The position numbers and the translations under genes were made by a program. A stretch of 64,000 nucleotides of DNA, from positions 320,001 through 384,000 of the forward strand of contig CAVTHO010000005.1 of assembly GCA_963734545.1 (NCBI GenBank), given 5' to 3'. This DNA is from an uncultured Spirochaetota bacterium. GTDB lineage: Bacteria; Spirochaetota; Spirochaetia; SZUA-6; Fen-1364. Position 1 is the first letter of the stretch. Every line of letters starts with the position of its first letter. Shown piece by piece: positions 33,030 to 43,541 of the stretch. The notes under the pieces are model-generated. The model did not search any database, was not told the origin of the DNA, and worked only from the letters and a program-made list of their open reading frames with translations.

Positions 33030-34922
33030 ATGGACAGTAAGACAATTCTAGCCGTCGTGATCTCGGTGGTCATCATCGTCGCGAGCATGGTGCTCACGCC
33101 GGTGCTCTTTCCGCCGAAGCCCACGGTACCCGAGACGACGCAAAGCAGCGCTCCTAAACCCGCCGCGACGGAAGGTGGTCAGGGAGCACAGGTGACCCAG
33201 GCTCCCGCGCCGCAGCCCGCCCAGGCGCAGGCCGCGCAGCAGGCGCCCGCCGCCACGAGCGCGCTCACAGCTGCCGTGACGGGGAAGGTGGTCCCGCTGC
33301 CGGAGTCGGCCCCACCCTCCTCTCAGCCGAGGTCCATAGAGAGAGATACCGATCTCTACACGCTGACCTTTTCCAGCAGCGGCGCCACGCTTTCTTCCGT
33401 AAAGCTGAAGAAGTACAAGAACCTGGACGGGACACCGGTGGAGATGGAGTTGCTGCCGAAGACCGAGACGGCGGGCACTCTTCCGTTCGCCATTGCATTC
33501 GGTGACTACAAGGCGGAACAGCTCAATGTCCCCTTTGTGCTGACCGAGCGGAGCGATGCGAAGCAGTCCACATTCGATTTTTCCCGGACATTCCTTTCCC
33601 CGACCGGAGTGCCGTTCACCCTGCACAAGACATACCTGTTCGACAAGGACGAGTATCTCTTCGAGCTGCGCGTCACGATCGAAAACTCGGTGAACGATTT
33701 CCCCGCGCTGGATTTCAACGGGTTCGCCTACACGCTGACCTTGGGACCCCAGATCGGGCCTCACTACGTGAAGCTGGACAATACGCACGACTCACGCAAT
33801 TACGCGTTCTACGCAGACGGCAAGCGGCAGGACCCCAAAGTGGGCATGGGGCAGGTGAAGGAGCTGGACAAGAAGGTGACCTGGGCCGGTATCGTGGGCA
33901 AGTACTTTACCGCCATCGCGGTCCTGGATGCCACCGACTACAAGCTCGTGTACGATTCGCGCAAGATCGCGGACGGGTTCGACCACTCCGCCATCTCTTT
34001 CCAGCGGCCCGTGTTGAAGAGCGCGAAGACAACGGACACGTTCCGTTTCTACATGGGGCCGATGAAGAAGGAGATCCTGGCGAACTACAACGACTCCGCC
34101 AAGAATGCGTTCGGCATCTCCGGTCTGCATGCGGACGAGGTGGTCACCTCGTCGATACTCATCGGGTGGCTGGCCACACTGATGAAGTATATCCTGGACT
34201 TCTTTTATCTCCTCATCCCCAACTATGGAATCGCCATCATCCTTCTCACGATTCTCACGAAGGTCGTCTTTCTCCCGCTGACCTTCAAGAGCTCAGAGTC
34301 AATGGCCAAGATGGCCACCCTGAATCCCAAGATGACGGAGATCCGGACCCGGCTGAAGGGCAAGCCGGACAAGATGAACCAGGAGATTGCAGAGCTGTAC
34401 AAGCGGGAGAAGATCAACCCGCTTTCCGGCTGTCTGCCGCTTCTCCTCCAGATGCCTGTCTTCTTTGCACTGTACAACCTGCTGCAGAGCCATTTCGAGC
34501 TGCGCGGCGCGATGTTCATTCCGGGCTGGATTCCCGATCTCTCCGCACCCGAATTCATCCTGACCTTTCCCTTTGCCATCCCCCTCGTGGGCTGGACAGC
34601 GCTTCGATTGCTGCCGCTGCTGATGGTGGCGAGCCAGATCCTGTCAAGCAAGTTCACGCAGCCATCGGGCGCGCCGCAGCAGGGCGGCGCCCAGGCAAAG
34701 CTTTTCGCTTACGCGCTGCCCATCGTGTTTCTCTTCATCCTCTACGATATGCCTTCAGGTCTGGTGCTGTACTGGACCGTCCAGAACATCCTTTCCACGG
34801 CCCAGCAGGTGTACATCAACCGGCTGCGCAAGAGGAAGGAGGAGGAGTCGGGTCAGACTCCGGTCGTGGTGAAGGCGAGCGTCAAGACGGGTGAGAAGTC
34901 CGGTATCAGGACGGGGAAATAG
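33030..34922 (+). CDS. yidC: Membrane protein insertase YidC
   Basis: NYGIAIILLT, INPLSGCLPLLLQMPVFFALY, WIPDLSAP, PSGLVLYW. Confidence 0.95.
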   Translation: MDSKTILAVVISVVIIVASMVLTPVLFPPKPTVPETTQSSAPKPAATEGGQGAQVTQAPAPQPAQAQAAQQAPAATSALTAAVTGKVVPLPESAPPSSQPRSIERDTDLYTLTFSSSGATLSSVKLKKYKNLDGTPVEMELLPKTETAGTLPFAIAFGDYKAEQLNVPFVLTERSDAKQSTFDFSRTFLSPTGVPFTLHKTYLFDKDEYLFELRVTIENSVNDFPALDFNGFAYTLTLGPQIGPHYVKLDNTHDSRNYAFYADGKRQDPKVGMGQVKELDKKVTWAGIVGKYFTAIAVLDATDYKLVYDSRKIADGFDHSAISFQRPVLKSAKTTDTFRFYMGPMKKEILANYNDSAKNAFGISGLHADEVVTSSILIGWLATLMKYILDFFYLLIPNYGIAIILLTILTKVVFLPLTFKSSESMAKMATLNPKMTEIRTRLKGKPDKMNQEIAELYKREKINPLSGCLPLLLQMPVFFALYNLLQSHFELRGAMFIPGWIPDLSAPEFILTFPFAIPLVGWTALRLLPLLMVASQILSSKFTQPSGAPQQGGAQAKLFAYALPIVFLFILYDMPSGLVLYWTVQNILSTAQQVYINRLRKRKEEESGQTPVVVKASVKTGEKSGIRTGK

Positions 34923-34980
34923 GGGCTGGGTACAGCCAAGAAGGGGCTGGGTACAGCCAAGAAGGGGCTGAGTACAGCCA
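34921..34980. repeat. 21-bp tandem repeat, about 3 copies
   Basis: AGGGGCTGGGTACAGCCAAGA repeated. Confidence 0.85.
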
Positions 34981-35012
34981 GCACGGAGCATTCCAGGTCC
35001 AAGGAGACTGAC

Positions 35013-35753
35013 ATGATAGTGAAAGAGTTCGAGGGGAAAAACGAGAAGGAAGCCATCGACAGGGCCATCGAAGAGCTGGGTCTCGACAGGAATGAGATCG
35101 ATTTCGAGATCGTGGAAACAAAGCGGCCCGGAATCCTCTTCCGCGGCGGCAAGGTGAAGATCAGGGTACATCTCACCGAGGAACCGGACGAGATGGATGA
35201 GGAGGGCGACGCCGCGGAGCCGGGCAATGAGCTCGGCGGCCGAAAGCCTTCTCCCCGGCCGGCCCCTGCCGCGATAAACGGCGAGTTCGAAGGGAAAGTC
35301 ATCGACTTCACGGTCGGTCTTCTTGACCGGATGGGCTTCCCCGCCGCGGTCAAGGTGAATTTCCGGGAGGAAGGCCGGGTCGGGCTCGACATCGAGAGCG
35401 ACGGCTCGGGCATCCTCATCGGCAAACAGGGCAAGACCCTCGAGGCCCTGCAGTTCATCGTCAATCTCGCCGCCGGCCGCATGGATACAGAGCCGACCAG
35501 AATCGTATTGGACACGCAGGACTACCGGAGCCGCCGGGAGCGAAGCCTGATTCGCATGGCAAACCAGGTTGCCGAGCAGGTGCGGAGAAGCAAAGGATCG
35601 CAGCTTCTTGAGCCTTTGAATCCCTTCGAGCGAAGGCTCATCCATACATCCCTTGCGCGCTACGGGGACATCGAGACGGTGAGCGAAGGGGATGGCCTGT
35701 ACAAGCGCATCAGGGTGATCTGGCGCAATGAGCGGGATGGCCGCCGGGAGTAG
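35013..35753 (+). CDS. jag: Jag/EloR (KhpB) RNA-binding protein
   Basis: Jag_N, KH (ILIGKQGKTLEALQ), R3H (FERRLIH). Confidence 0.92.
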   Translation: MIVKEFEGKNEKEAIDRAIEELGLDRNEIDFEIVETKRPGILFRGGKVKIRVHLTEEPDEMDEEGDAAEPGNELGGRKPSPRPAPAAINGEFEGKVIDFTVGLLDRMGFPAAVKVNFREEGRVGLDIESDGSGILIGKQGKTLEALQFIVNLAAGRMDTEPTRIVLDTQDYRSRRERSLIRMANQVAEQVRRSKGSQLLEPLNPFERRLIHTSLARYGDIETVSEGDGLYKRIRVIWRNERDGRRE

Positions 35754-35756
35754 ACA

Positions 35757-35987
35757 ATGCCGATCTTCGAATACGAATGCCGGGAATGTCGGAGCTCCTT
35801 CGAGCTCCTTGTGCGATCGGACACGACCATCGCGTGCCCGACCTGCGAGAGCGCGCGCGTCGTGAAGAAGCTGAGCCTGTTTGCCGCGCACGTAAAAAGG
35901 GCGGAGGGCGCCCTGCCGAGCTGCCACACCGGCGGCCGCGGGTGCGACCTTGGCAGGTGCGGCTCCGGCTTCTGCGGCGTGGACTGA
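35757..35987 (+). CDS. FmdB-family zinc ribbon protein
   Basis: MPIFEYECRECRSSFE...CPTCES, Cys-rich tail. Confidence 0.85.
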   Translation: MPIFEYECRECRSSFELLVRSDTTIACPTCESARVVKKLSLFAAHVKRAEGALPSCHTGGRGCDLGRCGSGFCGVD

Positions 35988-36123
35988 TCGCAAAGCCCTG
36001 TTGAATCGGCAGCTTCCCGCAAGGCCGCGCGGGAGGCACGTCCGCCCGGCGGGCCGCCTCCGCTCCTGTTCCGCCATTCCAGTTGCTTCTGAAGTGTTTC
36101 CCTCCTGACGCACGTCGAAAGAT

Positions 36124-36152
36124 TTGACACCTCAGTATGCCCCGAGTATCGT
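36124..36152 (+). promoter_or_regulatory. sigma70 promoter of ECF sigma cluster
   Basis: TTGACA-N17-TATCGT. Confidence 0.6.
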
Positions 36153-36205
36153 GGGAAGGTGATTGACCGCGGGATTGCCGCGCCATTGGAGAAACGATCC
36201 AGCAG

Positions 36206-36763
36206 ATGACGGATGAGCAGATCATCGGCCGTGTGCGAGGCGGCGAAACCCGAATGTTCGGCGAGCTCGTCCAGCGCTATCAGGACCCGGTGTTCGGCAT
36301 GGCGCTGCGCTTCGTCGGCGGCCGCGGGGACGCTGAGGATGTTGCCCAGGAGGTCTTCCTGCGCGCATACCGGGGCCTGGACGGCTTCAAGGGAGAGGCG
36401 AAGTTCTCTACCTGGATCTATCGCATTACCTTCAACCTCTGCGCCGACTGGCTGCGAAGGAACAGGAGGGCTGACCGGAGAGCCGTGACGATAGAAGAAG
36501 CCGGCGAGGTGGCGGACGGCCGGGTGAACCTGGAGGAAGGGATGCTGGAGACGGAGAAGCGGGACAAGGTCAGGAGAGCGCTGGATCGTCTTGACGAGAG
36601 GTACCGCAGCGTCGTCGTGCTTCTCTACTATCAGAAGATGTCCTATGAGCAGATTGCCGCGGTCCTCGCGCTGCCTGTGAAGACCGTGGAGACACGCCTG
36701 TACAGGGCTCGAAAGATGCTGCGGGAGAGTCTGGAGCGCGGCGAAGAGGGAGGCGTTGCATGA
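36206..36763 (+). CDS. ECF sigma-70 factor
   Basis: DAEDVAQEVFLRAY, FSTWIYRI, MSYEQIAAVL, TVETRLYRAR. Confidence 0.92.
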   Translation: MTDEQIIGRVRGGETRMFGELVQRYQDPVFGMALRFVGGRGDAEDVAQEVFLRAYRGLDGFKGEAKFSTWIYRITFNLCADWLRRNRRADRRAVTIEEAGEVADGRVNLEEGMLETEKRDKVRRALDRLDERYRSVVVLLYYQKMSYEQIAAVLALPVKTVETRLYRARKMLRESLERGEEGGVA

Positions 36764-37269
36764 GATGCGCACAGGTGGACCGGCACGTGGAGCGTTTCGT
36801 TGATGGGGCGTTGGTCACCTCGCTGGCGGAGCGGATCGAGGCGCATGTCCGGTCCTGCACGCGATGTGCCGCCCGGATTGATGCGGCGCGCGCGCTGCTG
36901 AAGGGATTCAGGGCGCCCCCGGACCGCGCACCGCCGGGGTTTGCCGCGCGTGTGATGGATGCGGTGTACCGAGAGGCCCTTGCAGGCGGACCCCGGCGGG
37001 CCGTCTCGGAAAGCCCGAGGGCATTCCCGTCTCGCATGCCTGCCCTGATCTATCGCAGGCTGGGTCTGAGCTTCGTGCTGACCGCGGGCGTTCTTGCCGC
37101 GAGCCTCTTCATCCCCCGCGCGGCCTACCCCGGCCTGCTCGGGACAGGATCCGTGGCCGCAGTGCTCTCCCGGGAAAGCAGCGTCGCGGTGCGGGACGCG
37201 CTGAACGGGGCCGATTCCGCCGTGCGGGGCATCCTGCGCGAGCAGGCAGATGGAGGAAGCGTACGATGA
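36760..37269 (+). CDS. Zinc-binding (zf-HC2) membrane anti-sigma factor
   Basis: MRC...HVRSCTRC plus one TM helix; overlaps sigma stop. Confidence 0.82.
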   Translation: MRCAQVDRHVERFVDGALVTSLAERIEAHVRSCTRCAARIDAARALLKGFRAPPDRAPPGFAARVMDAVYREALAGGPRRAVSESPRAFPSRMPALIYRRLGLSFVLTAGVLAASLFIPRAAYPGLLGTGSVAAVLSRESSVAVRDALNGADSAVRGILREQADGGSVR

Positions 37270-37925
37270 CGTGCATGAATCATTTGAAGACCGAGGCCGT
37301 GGCGAACTGCGCAGAGTGCGGAAGGTCTTTCTGCGCCGCCTGCATCGTTGAGCTCGACCAGAGGAGCTGGTGCCGGGATTGCCTTGCCAGAATCGTGAGC
37401 AGGACCGGGGCCGGCGCGCGCGTGCATCCGGGGTGGCGGAAACTTGTTGCGGCGCTTCTCAGCATCGTGCCGGGGGCGGGACACATGTTCCTGGGCCTCA
37501 TAGGCAAGGGCTTCACTCTCATGGGCCTTCTCTTTGTTTCGGTCTTTCTCATCATCCTCTACTCCGACGCCACCGGCATGTACTGGCTGACCGCCTACCT
37601 GATCCCGACCCTTTCCGTGCTCTTTCTGTCCTATGCGGTCTTTGATGCCATGGCCATTTCCGACGCGCGGAGGAGCGGGAGGGAGCTGCCCGCGACCGAT
37701 GACGATACCATGAATGCGGTCTGGGAGAAGGTTCTCATGAACCGGCGCACCGGCGGCTGGGTCCTGCTCATGGCCGGAATCGTCGGCATCCTGCACCTGT
37801 TCTCCGAGCCTCTCAATCTGTGGACCCGGACCGTGCTCGCCTTGCCCTTCCCCCTCACCGGGCTGGTCATTCCGGTGATCCTGCTGGTTCTTGGTATCCT
37901 CCTGCTGCAAAGAAGCCGAAAATAA
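37266..37925 (+). CDS. B-box-like zinc finger membrane protein
   Basis: CMNH...CAECGRSFCAAC...CRDC, LLSIVPGAGHMFLG, several TMs. Confidence 0.7.
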   Translation: MTCMNHLKTEAVANCAECGRSFCAACIVELDQRSWCRDCLARIVSRTGAGARVHPGWRKLVAALLSIVPGAGHMFLGLIGKGFTLMGLLFVSVFLIILYSDATGMYWLTAYLIPTLSVLFLSYAVFDAMAISDARRSGRELPATDDDTMNAVWEKVLMNRRTGGWVLLMAGIVGILHLFSEPLNLWTRTVLALPFPLTGLVIPVILLVLGILLLQRSRK

Positions 37926-37941
37926 CAGCAGGTAAGAGAAC

Positions 37942-38739
37942 ATGCAGAAGACCGGTATCGCGGTCTGGGACCAGGTCGAGATAGCACAAAGAATATGCGC
38001 GGCGTGGCGCTTCCCCCTGCGGAGCATCTGGGTGGAGCGCATCGAGATGGAGTGGCATGCGCTGTCGCTGCCGGAGCCGGGAGACAGGGCGGAAGCGCGC
38101 AGCATGTTCATCCCGCGCACGCAGAAGCCGACGTCCTCCCAATGGCGGCACTACCTTCACCGGGAAGGTGATCTCGTCCAGCCGACCCCGGTGCTCCCGG
38201 ACAGGCCCATGGTGGTGCGTCCCGACCGGGCACTCACCCTCCTGCCGGGGCAGAACACGATATTCTTTCTCGAGATCCCTGTCTGGTTCAGGCTCTCCAC
38301 GATCGGACCCCGGGCCGCGCGGATATTCGAGGAACCTCTCTGCGTGCTCACGCGCACGTGGTTCGGCGACCCGGTGACGGGCGAGCTCTGCTGGGGCCTC
38401 GCGGCCCGCCTGCATCATTCCATCGACTCGGTGGAGCCTTCCGCCTGGAATGCCGTGTGCCCGCTCATGATCGAAAACGATTCGGACACCGACCTCGATT
38501 TCGAGAAGATCTGCCTCCACGTGGAGAACCTCAGCATTTTCCGGGGGACGTTGCGCCTCTGGTCCAACAGTCTGAATGTGATTTTCAAGGGTCCCGACCA
38601 GGCCACACAGATCGAGATCGTGCACGCGCCGCCGGCCTTCGAGCCCGGGCTTGCGCTGGCCAGCGCTGCCCGACAACCGGCGGCGGGCTGGAACATACGG
38701 AAGACCTTCGGCATGCTGAAGTATTTCACGGACTTCTGA
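37942..38739 (+). CDS. DUF432-like protein
   Basis: PVLPDRPMVVRP, FLEIPVW, LTRTWFGDPVTGELC; precedes MscS. Confidence 0.6.
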   Translation: MQKTGIAVWDQVEIAQRICAAWRFPLRSIWVERIEMEWHALSLPEPGDRAEARSMFIPRTQKPTSSQWRHYLHREGDLVQPTPVLPDRPMVVRPDRALTLLPGQNTIFFLEIPVWFRLSTIGPRAARIFEEPLCVLTRTWFGDPVTGELCWGLAARLHHSIDSVEPSAWNAVCPLMIENDSDTDLDFEKICLHVENLSIFRGTLRLWSNSLNVIFKGPDQATQIEIVHAPPAFEPGLALASAARQPAAGWNIRKTFGMLKYFTDF

Positions 38740-38752
38740 GGACACCACAGGG

Positions 38753-39574
38753 ATGATTCAGCAAATCGCGACATGGCTGCAGTCGATTTCTCCCGAGGTC
38801 CTGACAAAGGCGCTGCGGGTCACCCTGACGATCCTGCTCGGGCTGTTCGTGGTCAGGGTGCTGGCCGTGGTGACGCAGCGCTTCATCATGCGCAAGTCGA
38901 CTGCCCAGAGGCAGATGATCGCGCGCAAGGTCATCAGCTACACGGGCTTTTTCCTGGTGCTGATGGGAGTGCTCAGCGAGCTGGGTCTCAAGCTCACCGC
39001 CCTCCTGGGCGCGGCAGGGATCGTGGGGATCGCGGTCGGGTTCGCCTCCCAGACGAGCGTGTCCAACATCATCAGCGGTCTCTTCCTCATCTCTGAAAAG
39101 CCTTTCGGCGTGGGTGATGTGATCAGGATAGGGAGCACCACCGGGATCATACAGTCGATCGACCTTCTCTCCATCAAGATCCGCACATTCGACAACATGT
39201 TCGTGCGCATCCCGAATGAAAAGATTCTCAGCTCCGAAGTGACGAACATCACGCGATTTCCCATTCGGAGGATGGACATCGTGTTCCAGGTGGCGTATGA
39301 CCAGGATCTCTACAAGGTGCACGAGCTTCTTGCGAGGATCGCGCGCGACAACCCCTGGAGCCTGGACGAACCGGTTCCCGTCATCCTCTTCTCGGATTTC
39401 AAGGAATCGGGGATCGAGGTGCAGCTCGGGCTCTGGTTTGCCAAGAGCGATTTCATGGACCTGAAGAACTCGATCATGAAGGATCTTCCCTCCATATTCG
39501 CCGCCGAGGGGGTCAGATTCGCGCACCCCAACCGTCTGGTGCAAATCGTGGAGGGATCCGCCGCTACCTCTTGA
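38753..39574 (+). CDS. mscS: Small-conductance mechanosensitive channel family protein
   Basis: AAGIVGIAVGFASQTSVSNIISG, EKPFGVGDVI, RTFDN..VRIPN. Confidence 0.9.
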   Translation: MIQQIATWLQSISPEVLTKALRVTLTILLGLFVVRVLAVVTQRFIMRKSTAQRQMIARKVISYTGFFLVLMGVLSELGLKLTALLGAAGIVGIAVGFASQTSVSNIISGLFLISEKPFGVGDVIRIGSTTGIIQSIDLLSIKIRTFDNMFVRIPNEKILSSEVTNITRFPIRRMDIVFQVAYDQDLYKVHELLARIARDNPWSLDEPVPVILFSDFKESGIEVQLGLWFAKSDFMDLKNSIMKDLPSIFAAEGVRFAHPNRLVQIVEGSAATS

Positions 39575-40844
39575 TGATCTGCTCGCGCCGCGGGCCGACG
39601 GAGATCCACTTGATCGGGGTACGGATTCTTTTTTCGATGAAGAGAACGTATTCACGCGCGCGCGGCGGAAGGTCCTCGAACCTGCGCACGCCCATGATGT
39701 CCGTCTTCCATCCCGGCAGCTCCGCGTAAACGGCCGAAGCCTTGTCCAGGAGCCGGGAGACAGGGAAAGCGCCCGTCGTTTTTCCGTCGATTGTATAGTC
39801 CGTGCACACGGGGATCGTGTCCTTGTAGCCCAGGACGTCGAGATTGGTGAGAGCTGCCTCGGTCGCCCCCTGGACCCGGCAGCCGTAAGAGGTCGCCACG
39901 CAGTCGAACCAGCCCACCCTGCGGGGTCTTCCGGTCGTGGCGCCATACTCTCCCGCGTCCCCGCCGCGCCTTCTCAGTGTCTCTTCTTCCTCGCCGTGCA
40001 GCTCGGTGACGAACGGTCCGGCCCCCACGCAGCTCGAGTATGCCTTTGTCACGGCCACCACCCGCGTGATGGCCCATGGAGGCAGCCCGGCCCCTACCGC
40101 ACCGAAGCCTGCCAGCGGCGAGGAGGATGTCGGGTAGGGATAGATCCCGTGATCGGGGTCGCGGAGCGTTCCGAGCTGACCCTCGAGGAGGATCGTTTTT
40201 CCCGCCTCCACGGCGTCCGTGAGGAGAGTGGTCGTGTCGGCAACATAGGGGGCCATCCTGTCACGCACGGCCGCCACCTGCGCCATGATCTCCTCCACGG
40301 AGAGCGGCGGCTTGCCGTAGAGCTTTTCCAGCACCACGTTTTTCTGCACAAGGGTCTTGGCGAGACGCGCCCGCATGAGAGGCTCGTCGAACATCTCGTT
40401 CACCTGCAGCCCGAGCTTCAACGCCTTGTCCGCATAAAACGGGGCGATGCCGGATTTGGTCGAACCGAAGCTCTCTTTTCCCAGCCTCTCCTCTTCCAGT
40501 GAATCAAAGAGGATGTGATGGGGCAGGAGCACCTGGGCGCGCTCGGACACCCGGACGTCCGGCCGGGGCACGTCCCGTGCAAGAAGCTTCTCGATCTCGG
40601 AAAGAAATGCGCCGACATTCACCGCGACGCCCGGACCCAGTATGTTGATCACCCCGGGATAGAAGACCCCGGAAGGCAGGAGGTGCAGCGCGAACTTGCC
40701 GAACTCGTTGATGATCGTGTGCCCCGCGTTGTTCCCGCCCTGGTAGCGGACGACGAAATCCACTTCACGTGCCAGGTAATCGGTGATTTTGCCTTTTCCC
40801 TCGTCACCCCAATTGGCCCCCACAACCGCAATGACCGGCATCAT
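39564..40844 (-). CDS. purA: Adenylosuccinate synthetase
   Basis: GANWGDEGKGKITD, RYQGGNNAGHT, EYGATTGRPRRVGWFD. Confidence 0.96.
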   Translation of the reverse strand: MMPVIAVVGANWGDEGKGKITDYLAREVDFVVRYQGGNNAGHTIINEFGKFALHLLPSGVFYPGVINILGPGVAVNVGAFLSEIEKLLARDVPRPDVRVSERAQVLLPHHILFDSLEEERLGKESFGSTKSGIAPFYADKALKLGLQVNEMFDEPLMRARLAKTLVQKNVVLEKLYGKPPLSVEEIMAQVAAVRDRMAPYVADTTTLLTDAVEAGKTILLEGQLGTLRDPDHGIYPYPTSSSPLAGFGAVGAGLPPWAITRVVAVTKAYSSCVGAGPFVTELHGEEEETLRRRGGDAGEYGATTGRPRRVGWFDCVATSYGCRVQGATEAALTNLDVLGYKDTIPVCTDYTIDGKTTGAFPVSRLLDKASAVYAELPGWKTDIMGVRRFEDLPPRAREYVLFIEKRIRTPIKWISVGPRREQIIKR

Positions 40845-40906
40845 GCCCCCCTTCCCGCGCGAGGCCTCATGGTACAGGAATGAGCGGCGCGTGCAAAGGC
40901 AGGTAC

Positions 40907-41701
40907 CTACTGAGGCGGGGCCGGAGTCGGCGGGGCCGGAGTCGGTTCAGCAGGCGGAGACGGCGGCGGCGAGGGAGACGGTTCAGGAGGAGGCGGTGTC
41001 GGCAGCGCAGGACGCGGAGCCGTGAGCGCGGCAAGGGCCGCATTCAGCTCCGGAATGAAAAGGGAGCCCGGGTGGTCCTTTATTGCCGAGGTGAGGAAAG
41101 CGGTCTGCTGCGTAAGGTTTTTCGAGGCCGCGGCGAGCTGGAGAAGGATGGCAGCCTGGACGTCGTCCGGATTCGATGAAACCCCCTCGTTTCGCAGATA
41201 GACGTTTCGAAGGAGTATCTTCGCCGTTGCGTCGAAGCCGGTGACCCTGATGAAAGACATGCCGCCGGTCTCCGAGGCGATGGCGACGATGCTCAACCGG
41301 GGGATCGTGGAAGTAGTGGCAGCCGTGTTGTTCGGGGCCTCGTAGATGGCGGCGGTGTCCGTGGTGACGACGGCGAGGATGGATTTCGATATCACGAGAT
41401 CCGCCCGTACCCATCCCTCGCTGCCCGTGTCCCGCTTGACCGGCATGAAATCACGTTCCTTTCCGGCTTGAACGGCCTTGGTCGCCTGGCCAAGGAGCGC
41501 GAGCTTCTCCCCGATCGGCAGGGTTCCTCGGGGAATGAGCGCCCCCTGCTCCATGCTGAACAGGGGCAGATCCGCCATGATGACAAAGGCGCTTTTCGCG
41601 TCCGCCACGACCGATGGGGGGACCGGGCGCGCAGGTTTTGGCTGACAGCCGAGGAGGGGAAGGAGAGCGAGGAGCGCGGCGGGGACGAGTGCGCGTCTCA
41701 T
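40907..41701 (-). CDS. Putative lipoprotein with SH3-like domains and Pro-rich tail
   Basis: Lipobox LLGC; GSEGWV; Pro-rich C-terminus. Confidence 0.6.
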   Translation of the reverse strand: MRRALVPAALLALLPLLGCQPKPARPVPPSVVADAKSAFVIMADLPLFSMEQGALIPRGTLPIGEKLALLGQATKAVQAGKERDFMPVKRDTGSEGWVRADLVISKSILAVVTTDTAAIYEAPNNTAATTSTIPRLSIVAIASETGGMSFIRVTGFDATAKILLRNVYLRNEGVSSNPDDVQAAILLQLAAASKNLTQQTAFLTSAIKDHPGSLFIPELNAALAALTAPRPALPTPPPPEPSPSPPPSPPAEPTPAPPTPAPPQ

Positions 41702-41763
41702 GGTCACCTCCGGGGAAACTTTCTTTCGCGTCACGGTACGGTGATCTTTCCGCGCTGTCAATC

Positions 41764-41850
41764 CATCCGCGAGCTCTTGCGCGAACTTGCGCAGTTGCGG
41801 GTTTCATCCGCGAGCACTTGCGCGAACTTGCGCACGTGCGGGCGAGCGGG
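41764..41850. repeat. Two 41-bp tandem units related to the 27601 repeat
   Basis: CATCCGCGAGCWCTTGCGCGAACTTGCGCA at 41764 and 41805. Confidence 0.75.
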
Positions 41851-41853
41851 CAC

Positions 41854-41883
41854 AAAAAACCCCGGCTCTCGCCGGGGCGTTTT
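41854..41883 (-). terminator. Intrinsic terminator after gap
   Basis: CCCCGGC-loop-GCCGGGG stem followed by T-run on minus strand. Confidence 0.7.
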
Positions 41884-41897
41884 CGTCCGCTGCGGGG

Positions 41898-43034
<1,137 letters not shown>

Positions 43035-43043
43035 TTATGCGCT

Positions 43044-43490
43044 TCAGGAATCTTCCAGCAGCTTGAACACCGTATCGGTGGCCTGTGCATGGATGATTGC
43101 TTTTCGCTTTTCCTTGTTCCTGATGATGAGCGTGAGCTTCGCCAGGATGCGCAGGTAGTTCTCGTGCTCCTCGGGACCCGCAATCAGGAATGCCAGATGG
43201 ACGGGCTTCTCATCAAGGGATTGCCACTCCACGCCGTCTCTGAAAACGCCTATGGTGATGAAGAAGTCCTTGACCCATTTGCTCTTGATGTGCGGGATGG
43301 CCACGTTCTGGCCGATGCCCGTCGTGACGATGTACTCCCTGTCGAGAACCGCGTTCTGGAATTGCTCGAAGTCGATGACGTGCCGCGGATCGTCCGAAAG
43401 TGCAATGAGCTTTGCCAGGGCATCCTGCTTGTCGCGCGCCTCGAGGAACGCGATACGATCCCGCGCGATATAGTCTTTTAAATTGATCAT
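43044..43490 (-). CDS. PTS EIIA (Ntr/Fru-type) domain protein
   Basis: DREYIVTTGIGQNVAIPH, WQSLDEKPVHL. Confidence 0.88.
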   Translation of the reverse strand: MINLKDYIARDRIAFLEARDKQDALAKLIALSDDPRHVIDFEQFQNAVLDREYIVTTGIGQNVAIPHIKSKWVKDFFITIGVFRDGVEWQSLDEKPVHLAFLIAGPEEHENYLRILAKLTLIIRNKEKRKAIIHAQATDTVFKLLEDS

Positions 43491-43541
43491 CTCGCCCTTC
43501 AATTTATCGAATTATGGCGAGTGGTGCAAGGCCGCGGCCGC

